From Flavobacteriales bacterium (lineage in GTDB: Bacteria > Bacteroidota > Bacteroidia > NS11-12g > UBA955): a stretch of 64,000 nt of DNA. Position numbers and translations under genes: made by a program. The stretch spans positions 12,150 to 76,149 of the forward strand of contig JBEIRK010000001.1 of NCBI GenBank assembly GCA_040376005.1, written 5' to 3'. The number at the start of each line of letters is the position of its first letter. The first letter of the stretch is position 1. Below, one piece after another: positions 1 through 9,486 of this stretch. A model generated the notes under the pieces. That model was not told the DNA's origin and did not search any database. It saw only the letters and a list, made by a program, of their open reading frames with translations.

Positions 1-912
1 AGCATCATAAAATGACTGCACAACACCTTGAACAACGCCTACATTAGGATCACGGCCTTTGTCAATTTGCTTTACACCGCCAACGCTGCTATCGCCCCCT
101 CTAAAACTTTGCAGATATGAAGGCCTAGTGGGAACCAATAGTTTGTTTACATCAGCATACAAACCAATTTTATTGTATTGGTCAATTTCATGCTTATACC
201 CTACACCCAATTTCAAATTGGTTGGAATAAAATCGCGATTGTCTTTGTCGGTATAGGTCATTTTGCTGCCAATGTTTTGGATATTCATACCCAAATTGAA
301 GTCATCGCCTTTAATTTGTGTTTTGTACAACAAACTCACATCACCCGCACCGGCAAATCCTGGCTTCATGGTAATACCATTGAGCACCCTGTTGCCTGCA
401 ATGTTTGAGTAGATGAATCTCAAATTCACACCCATAGAGAACTTGCTGTTGAAACGGGTGCTATACCCACCATCAATGGCAAATTCGTTTGGATTGAAGC
501 TGCCTGTTGGTTCACCAGTCCAATCTGTGAAATTGATTTGGCCTAAAGAAAAATAGCGGATAGAGCCACCGATGGCGCTATTACGGCCCATCTTTGAATA
601 TCCAGAAAGGTAACTAAACCCGACATCGTCTACCAATTTTCTCAACCAAGGTGCGTAAGAGAGAGAAAATCCCGTTTTCTTTTCTGCATTTACCAAGTTT
701 GCCATGTTCCAAGACACGCTATTGGCATCTGGTGAAAACATTGCAACACCTACATCTCCCATACCTGCTGAACGGCTGTCTGGCGTTATGGTAAGAAAAG
801 GTACCATAGTGGTAACTGTATTCAACTGACCCGCCAGGTCCTTAGAGGAAATTTGAGCATACGAAGACGCTGCTGTACCTGCAATCGCTGCTAAAACAAT
901 ATATCTCTTCAT
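1..912 (-). CDS. porV: T9SS outer-membrane protein PorV (LptO), N-terminal ~300 aa; the gene runs off the window start
   Basis: The minus-strand ORF starts with ATG at 912-910 and encodes MKRYIVLAAIAGTAASSYAQ, a signal peptide, followed by Gly/Ser/Asn-rich beta-barrel-like sequence. It lies directly downstream of the porU-like gene, as in Flavobacterium johnsoniae. It is not in the ORF track because it is truncated by the window edge. Confidence 0.55.
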   Translation of the reverse strand, partial: MKRYIVLAAIAGTAASSYAQISSKDLAGQLNTVTTMVPFLTITPDSRSAGMGDVGVAMFSPDANSVSWNMANLVNAEKKTGFSLSYAPWLRKLVDDVGFSYLSGYSKMGRNSAIGGSIRYFSLGQINFTDWTGEPTGSFNPNEFAIDGGYSTRFNSKFSMGVNLRFIYSNIAGNRVLNGITMKPGFAGAGDVSLLYKTQIKGDDFNLGMNIQNIGSKMTYTDKDNRDFIPTNLKLGVGYKHEIDQYNKIGLYADVNKLLVPTRPSYLQSFRGGDSSVGGVKQIDKGRDPNVGVVQGVVQSFYDA

Positions 913-1013
913 GTAAAGAATTGTGGCAAAAATAGGCTTTCCATTCGTATTCCGCACATTGCATTTAAATTTTGAATTTTCCCTGCTCATGTTTATTGGT
1001 TTTGGTTTCTTTC

Positions 1014-4000
1014 TTATTGTTTAATGATTTTACCGCTAAAACTCGCCTTGCGGCCGTCTGCAGTAGTTAGTTCCACTTGGAATAAGTACATTCCATTTTC
1101 TACTGTGTACCCGTTTTCAATGGTACCATCCCATTGCAATCTGCTTTCAGTAGAGGTAATTTCCGTCAATTGTTGATCGCGTTCCACCAGGCGTCTGCCT
1201 TGAGCATCAAAAATGCGAATGGCCGCTATTACATCATTGCCTGCGAGATTGTGCGTAAAGGATAAGGTAACACCGTCTTGGAAAGGATTGGGATAGGCTT
1301 TGCTTTCAGAAATTCGGAAGGCGTCGGGATCCAGCACAACACAGGTAATCTCTCTCTCAGTAGAATTGTTATGGATGTCCCAAATTTTAAAACGGATTAC
1401 ATGTTTTCCAAAAGTCAATCCTTCTAATGGGAATTGCACTAAGCCGCCGCGGTAAGAATTTAAGTCATAGCTGAAATAGTCATTCACAATAAATGAAGTC
1501 TCTGCCTCTGTGCCCGGATCAAGTGTCACAGTCATATCGCGACCAATTCCTGCGCCTGTAGCATTAATGCCGCTTGGATCATATACTTTAGCTAGAAATA
1601 TGGCATTCGATTCTATATCTCCGCCATTTCTAAACAATGTGTCGTTCATAAATAAACGAACCACTGGGCCCGCTTCATCTGGAGAAATAGAAGACTCACT
1701 TCCACCAACAAGAAAGTGACCTGAACCACTTGCATCTGTAACATTATTGTGGGCATAGAGGTATAGTTTGCCACGTGCTACGTTGTACGCAATATCTTTG
1801 GGTACACTAAACACAATTTGAAAATCGCCGCCAATTACTGACACTTCACCTTTAAATATGTAACTCGTTTGATCCTTGAACGGGATTTTGATATTGTTTT
1901 GGTCATTATCCAAGGTATATCGGGTTTGGGGTTTGTCAAAAAACTTCACCCAAAGGTTGCCGTTAAAGTCCGTCATTTTACCGCCCGTTCTAGCCTCAAT
2001 ATGACCTTTCAAGCGCACCACAGAAAAGGCTTTCATGGTGTCTGAAAAGGCCTGCGCATCTTTCCCATTGATAGAATCCAAGACCACAGCATGCTCTGGA
2101 AATTGTAAGCGCATAGAAGGATCACCAAGTAAGGCAAATTTATTGTCCTCAGAGGTAGTAGAAGGTCTATTCTTCATCCGTTGGTAGATTTCACCAACGG
2201 TGGGCACAGGGTCTCCAGCATCTGGAAATCCATATTGTGTCCAAAAGTCATTGTTAATCTGTGAATTCCCACTTACATAAACCAAACGGGTTGTAGTTAG
2301 CAAGGCTATGGCACCTCCATTTGCATTTAACAGTGCCAATTCTCCCCCACTTTGTAAGTGTGGATTGTCGAATCGAGAAAACTCACAAGTTGCCGTGAAA
2401 AGCACAGGCATGCGGTATGGATTTTCCCAATTGTTGATCATGGGAACAGTAAGAACACCTTCCTGAGCCCATCCTTTTTCACCACCATGTCCTTGGTAAT
2501 TCAAGAGCAGCACACCATTATTCATGTATCGGTTAATGGCATTGCTTACATCAGGGTACTTTTCCGTATTTCCAGTGCTTTGCTGTTTATAGGCATCAGC
2601 ATACACTTTGTTAATCAACAAATCCGAGTGTTCCTGGTCAATTTCAATGGAATACTTCTCACTTTCATCTACAAATTCTCTCTCCCATTTGTCATCCACA
2701 TCATCACAAACGAAGGCCAATTCCGTTCTCCATGGTCCCAAAGACAAAGGCGATGCGTATCTCTTTAATTTCTGAACAACACCATTGGCTTCACTTTGCG
2801 TGCGGCAAGGAATTCTACCTATGGCCACCTTCATAATGCTCTTCCCATCTGCCGGATTTCCATGAATGGTATCCAAAAAGGCAAAAAAGTCATCCAAACA
2901 GAAGGTTTGAGACTTGTAATACGAATTCAAGTGGTACGAGGGGATGAAATTTGTATTTCCTTGCACGCGATTCTTCATATCATAGGAAGTAGTTCCCATG
3001 AGAAGTACATACTTTAATTTCCCTCCTAAACTGGCTGCTTTTTGGTATTCATCTCTGAGGTAATCTCTGATGGCTACAACATCTTGCATACCGCAGCTGT
3101 ATTCTTTGTAGATAGACGCTGGACTTACAACTTTCACTTTTAGGCCATTGTTGGTTCTTCTAAATTCCGCCAATTCAGAAGCAGCATTTTTAAAGTCGGG
3201 GTGTGAAATAATGATAAAATCCGCTGGGTCACCTGCAAGGATGTCCGCATTTTCAAGTGCACCAACAATTCCGGGTTTGAGGCAATTGGCTACAGAAAAT
3301 GCAACAAATGCCTTACCTTTATTGCTGCCAAAAGTTCGGAAGTAGGTGTAAGAACCTGCGTTTTTTGCGGGGATTGCGGCGGGTATCCGTTCATTTGATA
3401 TTTCCCAAACGAAAGGATTAGAACCTGCAATGCGTGTTTCGACCAAAGCGGTAGTTACAAAATAACTGGGATGTCGAAGTACGACAGGTCCATTATTGGT
3501 TTGAGCCGGGCGCAGTTGATTAACTTCAATAAAGTCCATCCATGCCAAACTTTGGATATTGGGTCTCACCAATTCCATTTTTACAGAAACTTTATCTGCA
3601 GGAGCTGCATGCATTCCTGAAAAAGTTGCCATTCTAAAGTCTTCAAAATCCTTATTTAGTGGAGAGAAACCTTGGGAATTCTTTTTCCCATTTACGGTTA
3701 TAGAAATCGAACCGGCCTCATTTACCATAGCCCCGGCATATGACACCTTTACATAGGCAGAATCTGCGCCATCTGAGGGCAAGGCCAACTCAAAGTTTCT
3801 TTCTAGGCCTTCATTTCCCAAGCGTTCTCCCAGCCATGTTCTGCCCATTTCAGCGGGATTAAAAATATCGGAATCGTGAAACTTCAGTGCGTAGTAGTCA
3901 TTGTGTGTAAATGTAGGCGCACTTGTAACTTCGGGTAAGGTCTGAATTCTTAGCCCTGGATCAGATCCAACACCGAGATAGAGGTAGCCTTCATCAGAGT

Positions 4001-4400
4001 AGAAATTCTTGGTATGTTCAAAATAGCCTGTATTGCGATTCAAGCTCCATTTAGTGTTACTCCCTGCATAAAACAGGAGAAAATCACCCAGATTGAATTT
4101 CCCATCGCCACCATCTTCCACCCAAATTGGGATTTGGGGCAAGCCACCTTCATGCAAGCCGTTGGTTTCTGGAAGCATTCCACATTGGTGACCACGCAAT
4201 TGAATAGACGCTGTATTGAGGGCATTGAGATCGAATCCGGCGGCCTGTAGATCCGCATACTCCAGCTTATATACACCTTCTGTGGGTATTCGCAGTTTTA
4301 CCCAGATACCAGTAGAAATAGGTCCGGGCGCGGCATCAGCGCTGCTAAACAGCAGGCTAAAGGCACAAGCAAAGACGTTTATAAAACGTTTTTTCAGCAT
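1014..4400 (-). CDS. porU: T9SS C-terminal signal peptidase PorU (peptidase C25 / gingipain family), 1128 aa
   Basis: Large secreted protein (signal peptide MLKKRFINVFACAFSLLFSSADA) in the PorU size range (~1100-1200 aa). It sits immediately upstream of the porV-like gene and beside gldJ. The catalytic residues were not verified. Confidence 0.65.
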   Translation of the reverse strand: MLKKRFINVFACAFSLLFSSADAAPGPISTGIWVKLRIPTEGVYKLEYADLQAAGFDLNALNTASIQLRGHQCGMLPETNGLHEGGLPQIPIWVEDGGDGKFNLGDFLLFYAGSNTKWSLNRNTGYFEHTKNFYSDEGYLYLGVGSDPGLRIQTLPEVTSAPTFTHNDYYALKFHDSDIFNPAEMGRTWLGERLGNEGLERNFELALPSDGADSAYVKVSYAGAMVNEAGSISITVNGKKNSQGFSPLNKDFEDFRMATFSGMHAAPADKVSVKMELVRPNIQSLAWMDFIEVNQLRPAQTNNGPVVLRHPSYFVTTALVETRIAGSNPFVWEISNERIPAAIPAKNAGSYTYFRTFGSNKGKAFVAFSVANCLKPGIVGALENADILAGDPADFIIISHPDFKNAASELAEFRRTNNGLKVKVVSPASIYKEYSCGMQDVVAIRDYLRDEYQKAASLGGKLKYVLLMGTTSYDMKNRVQGNTNFIPSYHLNSYYKSQTFCLDDFFAFLDTIHGNPADGKSIMKVAIGRIPCRTQSEANGVVQKLKRYASPLSLGPWRTELAFVCDDVDDKWEREFVDESEKYSIEIDQEHSDLLINKVYADAYKQQSTGNTEKYPDVSNAINRYMNNGVLLLNYQGHGGEKGWAQEGVLTVPMINNWENPYRMPVLFTATCEFSRFDNPHLQSGGELALLNANGGAIALLTTTRLVYVSGNSQINNDFWTQYGFPDAGDPVPTVGEIYQRMKNRPSTTSEDNKFALLGDPSMRLQFPEHAVVLDSINGKDAQAFSDTMKAFSVVRLKGHIEARTGGKMTDFNGNLWVKFFDKPQTRYTLDNDQNNIKIPFKDQTSYIFKGEVSVIGGDFQIVFSVPKDIAYNVARGKLYLYAHNNVTDASGSGHFLVGGSESSISPDEAGPVVRLFMNDTLFRNGGDIESNAIFLAKVYDPSGINATGAGIGRDMTVTLDPGTEAETSFIVNDYFSYDLNSYRGGLVQFPLEGLTFGKHVIRFKIWDIHNNSTEREITCVVLDPDAFRISESKAYPNPFQDGVTLSFTHNLAGNDVIAAIRIFDAQGRRLVERDQQLTEITSTESRLQWDGTIENGYTVENGMYLFQVELTTADGRKASFSGKIIKQ

Positions 4401-4506
4401 ACGAATGTGTAATTAACTGCAAATCTCCGGTAATATTGTGTCAGGTTTTTAAGACATTTGTCAAATTTCATGGAAAGAAAAAAATTTTTTTGCCAAATGA
4501 AACGTT

Positions 4507-4522
4507 TAACTTTGTAACTTTG
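4507..4522 (+). promoter_or_regulatory. Tandem Bacteroidetes -7-like promoter motifs TAnnTTTG (taactttg taactttg) about 17 nt upstream of the PorP/SprF-like start codon
   Basis: Matches the Bacteroidetes sigma-A -7 consensus TAnnTTTG. It lies in a divergent intergenic region between porU and the PorP/SprF-like gene. Confidence 0.3.
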
Positions 4523-4538
4523 TCTAACACCTAACTCT

Positions 4539-5543
4539 ATGCGCACAAGAATACTTTATCTGGGCAGTTTAGCAATTGCCGGACTTTTTACTCAAACAGC
4601 GAATGCACAGGATCCTGAGTTATCTCAGTACTACGCAGCACCTGTTTACACAAACCCTGCAATGGCAGGCACAGCGGTTTGTAATTATGGAGCAGCCGGC
4701 AGGGTAGCATTAAACTATCGAAATCAGTGGCCTGGTTTGCCTGGCACATTCCGATCTTTTGCTGCAAGCTGGGACCAACACATACCATCCATTGGTGGAG
4801 GACTTGGTGCCATGGTATTCACAGATATTGCAGGTTCAGGATTACTTACCACAACAACGGTAAGCGGTGTATATAGCTACCTGCTTCCTTTGAACCGCGG
4901 CAGATTGTTTATGCGTTTTGGCTTGCAAGGGTCTGTTACAAGCAAGAGCATCGATTTCAACAAGTTGAAATTTGGTGATCAAATTGTTCCAACCCAAGGG
5001 TTTGTGAATCCAACTGCTGAACAACAGCCAAGCCAGAGCATTACCTATCCTAATTTTAATGCAGGATGGATTATGTATACGAGCAAGTTTTACATTGGCG
5101 TTGCATCGCACAACATTATTGAGCCAAACTGGAGCTTTTACCAGAACCCTGATGAGGTATTGCCTCGCAGATACACCATCCACACAGGAGCTGTAATTCC
5201 ACTTACCAAGAGCAAGTTTGACGATGCGGCGATTTCACCAAATGCGTTGTTCATGAAACAGAGAAACTTCACACAGTTGAATTTGGGCTTTTATGCAAAC
5301 AAAGGTGCCTTAGTTAGCGGTTTGTGGTTCCGTCAAACATTCGGACAATACAGAAACTCGGATGCAATCATTATGTTGATTGGATTCCGCAAAAACCGTT
5401 TCAAATTTGGTTATAGCTATGACTTCACCGTATCTGATGGAAGAAGCGCAATCCCTGCCAGTCATGAAATTAGTGCAACGATTGACTGGTGTGTACCTCC
5501 TGGCAACAAGCCATTCAAACCTTTAAAATGTCCTGAATTCTAA
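4539..5543 (+). CDS. PorP/SprF-family T9SS-associated outer-membrane protein, 334 aa
   Basis: Signal peptide followed by QDPELSQYYAAPVYTNPAMAG, which matches the conserved N-terminal PorP/SprF signature (Q-x-P-x-F-S-Q-Y...NPA..G). The size and beta-rich composition fit the family. Confidence 0.6.
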   Translation: MRTRILYLGSLAIAGLFTQTANAQDPELSQYYAAPVYTNPAMAGTAVCNYGAAGRVALNYRNQWPGLPGTFRSFAASWDQHIPSIGGGLGAMVFTDIAGSGLLTTTTVSGVYSYLLPLNRGRLFMRFGLQGSVTSKSIDFNKLKFGDQIVPTQGFVNPTAEQQPSQSITYPNFNAGWIMYTSKFYIGVASHNIIEPNWSFYQNPDEVLPRRYTIHTGAVIPLTKSKFDDAAISPNALFMKQRNFTQLNLGFYANKGALVSGLWFRQTFGQYRNSDAIIMLIGFRKNRFKFGYSYDFTVSDGRSAIPASHEISATIDWCVPPGNKPFKPLKCPEF

Positions 5544-5566
5544 GCGATTAGAAAATAAAATCTTAG

Positions 5567-5598
5567 AAAAAGGTTTGGTTTAGGCCAAACCTTTTTAC
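5567..5598 (+). terminator. Rho-independent terminator (aaaggtttgg-ttta-ggccaaaccttttt) after the PorP/SprF-like gene
   Basis: Perfect inverted repeat followed by a T-run. Confidence 0.5.
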
Positions 5599-5616
5599 GT
5601 TTAGAGAAAAAAATCA

Positions 5617-5624
5617 ATATATTT
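5617..5624 (+). promoter_or_regulatory. Candidate -7 promoter motif (tatatttg) upstream of gldJ
   Basis: Matches TAnnTTTG about 40 nt upstream of the ATG at 5663. Confidence 0.25.
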
Positions 5625-5662
5625 GCGAAATAAAATAAGTCAAACTACGTTATATAAAACGA

Positions 5663-7210
5663 ATGACAACTAAAAGCTTTGTTAACTACGGCCGTATTTC
5701 AGCAATAGCGATAGCGATCGCTGTTTCCGCATGTGGCAAGAAAGAGGCAAGCCGCACAACGGGTCAGACCTACAATGATCCTAAATGGGGTGGATTTGCC
5801 AACCAAAAGTACAAAGGTCAAGAAACAGGTCCAGGCTTGGTTCTGATTGAAGGTGGATCTTTTGTAATGGGTTCTACAGAAAAAGAATTGATGTTCAACA
5901 ACGACAACGTTGAACGCAAAGTGACTGTAAACTCCTTTTATATGGATGAAACTGAGGTGAGCAACCTCCAATACCGGGAATATGAGTATTGGTTGCAACG
6001 CACCTTTATCGATTATCCAGAAGTATATCAGACCCACTTGCCAGATACTCTCTGCTGGAGAAGTAAATTGGCTTACAACGAGCCATTTGTAGAATACTAC
6101 TACCGCCACCCTGCTTATAAGGACTATCCTGTTGTAGGAGTGAATTGGCAGCAAGCTGCTGACTTCTCTGCGTGGAGAACGGATCGCGTAAATGAGCAGA
6201 TTTTGGATCGTGAAAAGATTGTGAAGTTCAACGTGGCATCTGATGCGATGAACGAAACCAACTTTAACACCAGAGCTTACTTGGCAGGCCAGTATGAATT
6301 TTCTAAGAAGGGCAAGAAGCCTGTAAAAGACTATTCAAAAGCAAAGAACAAAGACCAAAAGCGTTACAAAGTAAAAATGGAAGATGGTGTTCTTCTTCCT
6401 GATTATCGCCTCCCAACAGAAGCTGAATGGGAATATGCTGCACAAGCAAACATGGGTGAGACCCAATTTGACAACGTAGAGCAAAAGAAAATTTACGCTT
6501 GGAACGATTATACCATTCGTATTAAAGATGGTCATGAGAAAGACCGTGGTAAAATCCAAATGAACGTGTTGCGTTCAAAAGGTGATATGGGTGGTATTGC
6601 TGGTGGCAACTTGAATGATGCTGGTTTTATTACTACACCTGTTTACAGCTACTGGCCAAACAGCTATGGCTTGTACAACATGTCGGGCAACGTAAGTGAG
6701 TGGACCATGGACATCTACCGCCCCCTTTCTTTGGAAGATATGGACCAGTTCATGCCATACCGTGGTAACGTGTATCGCACTGTATTGTTGGATCAGTATG
6801 GCGCATTTGCAGATAAAGACAGTTTGGGCCGTTTGCAATACCGTGAGGTAACTGCAGAAGAAAATGCGAAGCGTCGCAACTACAAAAAAGCGGATAACAT
6901 TGGTTTCAAAGATGAAGAGAACTATAACGACGGTGAAATGACCTACGAGTATGGTGTTACTTCACTGATTAATAACAAGGCACGCGTAATCAAAGGCGGA
7001 AGCTGGAATGACCGTGTGTATTGGGCATCTCCTGGCACACGCCGTTACTTGGACGAAGAGCAATCTTTATCAACCCTTGGTTTCCGTTGTGCAATGATTC
7101 GTATTGGTGCTCCAGTGGGTAACAGCAAGAAAAAATACAACAGATTGCCGAGCTCTGGTATCGATAAGAAGACCATTCGTAAGAGCAAAAAGAATAGCAC
7201 AAGAAGCTAA
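5663..7210 (+). CDS. gldJ: Gliding motility lipoprotein GldJ (FGE-sulfatase/SUMF1-like fold; GldK/PorK paralog family), 515 aa
   Basis: Lipobox (AVSAC) followed by GSFVMGS...VVGVNW...GNVSEWT, typical of the GldJ/GldK family. There is no gldLMN downstream, so GldJ is more likely than GldK. gldJ is adjacent to porU and porV in F. johnsoniae. The C-terminus has a Lys-rich tail. Confidence 0.6.
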   Translation: MTTKSFVNYGRISAIAIAIAVSACGKKEASRTTGQTYNDPKWGGFANQKYKGQETGPGLVLIEGGSFVMGSTEKELMFNNDNVERKVTVNSFYMDETEVSNLQYREYEYWLQRTFIDYPEVYQTHLPDTLCWRSKLAYNEPFVEYYYRHPAYKDYPVVGVNWQQAADFSAWRTDRVNEQILDREKIVKFNVASDAMNETNFNTRAYLAGQYEFSKKGKKPVKDYSKAKNKDQKRYKVKMEDGVLLPDYRLPTEAEWEYAAQANMGETQFDNVEQKKIYAWNDYTIRIKDGHEKDRGKIQMNVLRSKGDMGGIAGGNLNDAGFITTPVYSYWPNSYGLYNMSGNVSEWTMDIYRPLSLEDMDQFMPYRGNVYRTVLLDQYGAFADKDSLGRLQYREVTAEENAKRRNYKKADNIGFKDEENYNDGEMTYEYGVTSLINNKARVIKGGSWNDRVYWASPGTRRYLDEEQSLSTLGFRCAMIRIGAPVGNSKKKYNRLPSSGIDKKTIRKSKKNSTRS

Positions 7211-7291
7211 TCACAATCAAGAAATTTTGAAAAAGCCACCACATTGGTGGCTTTTTTTATGGAATGCACTTCAGAAGGCAGTAACTTTGCA

Positions 7292-7710
7292 GCAGCAGTC
7301 TGATCTGTCGCTGTGGTAACCAACCCACGGAGGAAAGTCCGGGCAACGCAGAGCACCGTGCTACCTAACAGGTAGGCGCCCTATTCGCAAGGGTAGGGTG
7401 ACAGAAAGTGTCACAGAAACTATACCGTCATGAATGCAAATTCGTGATAAGGGTGAAAAAGCGGGGTAAGAGCCCACTCGTTTCGGCAAGAGTCGGAATT
7501 GGGATAAACCTCACGGGTTGAAAGGCCAAATATACCCGGTTTGGGTTGCTCGCCCGAATGTTGCGCAAGCTACATACCGGTTGGGTAGGCTGATTGATCT
7601 TGGTTGTGAAACCAAGACCAGATAAATGACAGATATTGGAATTGAGATAGCGTTTAAGTTTACTTAAATGATTCCCGAAACCATTACAGAACCCGGCTTA
7701 CAGGACTGCT
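7292..7710 (+). ncRNA. rnpB: RNase P RNA (bacterial type A)
   Basis: The 5' half of P4, GGAGGAAAGTCCGGGC, is at 7329-7344. The 3' half of P4, ACAGAACCCGGCTTA, is at 7686-7700. AGGGTGAAA...GCGGGGTAAGAGCCCAC is at ~7451-7476. P1 pairs gcagtctg with caggactgc, followed by a T-run at 7710-7716. Confidence 0.75.
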
Positions 7711-7820
7711 TTTTTATTAAAATACTCTTTGCTGAAAAAAATATAATTTTCGGCTTGCCTTTGACGCAAAAAGAGAGTATTTTTGCACCACTTTTGAGGG
7801 ATTTCCCAATAAAAGTAAAG

Positions 7821-7896
7821 GCAGAAGTAGCTCAGTTGGTAGAGCATCACCTTGCCAAGGTGAGGGTCGCGAGTTCGAGTCTCGTCTTCTGCTCCA
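7821..7896 (+). tRNA. tRNA-Gly (anticodon GCC), with encoded CCA
   Basis: Cloverleaf with a perfect 7-bp acceptor stem gcagaag/cttctgc, a D-arm (gctcagttggtagagc), an anticodon stem tcacc/ggtga with loop ttGCCaa, and a T-arm (gcgagttcgagtctcgt). Confidence 0.9.
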
Positions 7897-7898
7897 AG

Positions 7899-7926
7899 AG
7901 CCCCGGAAACGGGGCTTTTCTTTTTT
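7899..7926 (+). terminator. Rho-independent terminator (agccccggaaacggggct + T-run) after tRNA-Gly
   Basis: GC-rich hairpin followed by tttcttttttt. Confidence 0.55.
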
Positions 7927-8040
7927 ACAGCACGACTCTATTCTCTTTTGGTTTTGCAAGTGAAATAACCTTTACTTTTTGTGGGTATTTGTATGGATAC
8001 CATACTTGAATTGAATTAGTTTTGCAGAGAATCGTAATCT

Positions 8041-9483
8041 ATGGAATTTGAAGCAGTCATAGGACTTGAAATCCACGTGCAACTTCTTACTAAAAGCAAG
8101 GCTTTTAGCTCAGACAGCGCGGATTTTGGAGCCATGCCAAACACCAATGTGAGTGTTATAAGCCTCGGACACCCGGGCACCCTACCCAAGCACAATAAGA
8201 AGGCTATAGAACAAGCTGTTAAAATGGGTTTGGCCCTAGGATGCGATATTCGGAAAGTGAATCACTATTCAAGAAAGAACTATTTCTATGCCGATTTGCC
8301 GAAGGGATACCAAATCACACAATTCGATACCCCTATTTGCAATGGTGGAGTGGTAACCGTGAAGCCAAGCAATGGTGAAAAGAAAGAGATTCGCCTTACC
8401 CGAATCCACATGGAGGAGGATACCGGCAAGAGTATGCACGATCAAGATATGTATGACTCTCTTATTGATTACAATCGTGCAGGAACCCCACTCATAGAAG
8501 TGGTTACTGAGCCCGATATCCGCACCGGCGAAGAAGCCTATGCCTTCGTAAGTGAAATCCGCCGTCTGGTTCGCTATTTGGATATCTGCGATGGAAATAT
8601 GGAAGAAGGCAGCTTGCGCTGCGATGCCAACGTGAGTATACGCCCTAAGGGCAGCCCTACTTTCGGCACCAAGGTGGAAGTTAAAAATATGAACTCCATA
8701 AGCAATGTGAAACGCGCAATTGACCATGAGATACAAAGACAAACTGAATTGGTGCTGAAAGGTGAAAACGTAGAAGGCGAAACCCGCGGTTTTAATGCGG
8801 TTCAAGGTACAACCTTCAGTATGCGTAAGAAAGAAATGGTCAATGATTACCGCTATTTCCCTGAACCCGACTTACCACCCATGATTGTGACCGAGGAATA
8901 TCTGAAAGCCGTGCAATTGAATATGCCAGAACTCCCAGAAACCTTGTACAATCGCTTTACAGCAGACTATCAGCTGTCGGCCTACGATGCAGGTGTATTG
9001 ACTGACGATAGAGATACTGCCTTGTATTTTGAGAAACTCGCAGGCATCTCTAAAAACTATAAGGCAGCCGCCAATTGGGTAAATGTACATATCAAAGGCT
9101 ATCTCAATGAAAATGGATTGGATATACAGCAATTCCCATTGGGCCCCGAAGCCATTCATGAATTGATACAAGTGATTGAGGCAGGTGTGCTCAGCTCAAG
9201 TGCTGCTGCGCAAAAGCTGTTTCCAGCCATGATTGAGAATCCGCAAGTTGCAGTAAACACACTCATTGATAAATTAAATCTGGCCCAAAACAATGACGAT
9301 GGATTTATTGAAGCCTTGGCCGATGAAATTATAGCCAAGTTCCCCGATAAAGTGGCAGAGTTTAGAAACGGGAAAACAGGCCTCCTTGGCATGTTTGTGG
9401 GTGAAGTTATGAAAGCAAGTAAGGGCAAAGCGGAACCCAAAAAGACCAACGAAATCATTTTGAAAAAACTCAACGGGAACTAA
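8041..9483 (+). CDS. gatB: Asp-tRNA(Asn)/Glu-tRNA(Gln) amidotransferase subunit B, 480 aa
   Basis: MEFEAVIGLEIHVQL...NVSVISLGHPGTLP...RKNYFYADLPKGYQITQ is a canonical GatB N-terminus, and a GatB/YqeY domain sits at the C-terminus. Confidence 0.9.
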   Translation: MEFEAVIGLEIHVQLLTKSKAFSSDSADFGAMPNTNVSVISLGHPGTLPKHNKKAIEQAVKMGLALGCDIRKVNHYSRKNYFYADLPKGYQITQFDTPICNGGVVTVKPSNGEKKEIRLTRIHMEEDTGKSMHDQDMYDSLIDYNRAGTPLIEVVTEPDIRTGEEAYAFVSEIRRLVRYLDICDGNMEEGSLRCDANVSIRPKGSPTFGTKVEVKNMNSISNVKRAIDHEIQRQTELVLKGENVEGETRGFNAVQGTTFSMRKKEMVNDYRYFPEPDLPPMIVTEEYLKAVQLNMPELPETLYNRFTADYQLSAYDAGVLTDDRDTALYFEKLAGISKNYKAAANWVNVHIKGYLNENGLDIQQFPLGPEAIHELIQVIEAGVLSSSAAAQKLFPAMIENPQVAVNTLIDKLNLAQNNDDGFIEALADEIIAKFPDKVAEFRNGKTGLLGMFVGEVMKASKGKAEPKKTNEIILKKLNGN

Positions 9484-9486
9484 AGA

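Noticed and set aside
1014-4400. Many antisense or shadow ORFs inside porU (for example 1510-1719, 2358-2768, 2796-3017, 3148-3345, 3559-3756, 4014-4250, 4040-4276, 4216-4416)
   Set aside because: They are fully contained in the 1128-aa porU reading frame region. Typical shadow ORFs of a long gene.
5663-7210. Alternative call of the 515-aa FGE-like lipoprotein as GldK/PorK
   Set aside because: GldK/PorK is followed by gldL-gldM-gldN (porL-M-N). Here the downstream sequence is rnpB, tRNA and gatB, and the gene neighbours porU/porV as gldJ does in F. johnsoniae. GldJ is therefore preferred, but it is not proven without a profile search.
7104-8009. Track ORFs 7104-7319 (+), 7668-8009 (+), 7717-7959 (-) and 6990-7244 (-)
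   Set aside because: They overlap the RNase P RNA, tRNA-Gly, its terminator or the gldJ 3' end. They have low-complexity or odd composition and are almost certainly non-coding frame artefacts.
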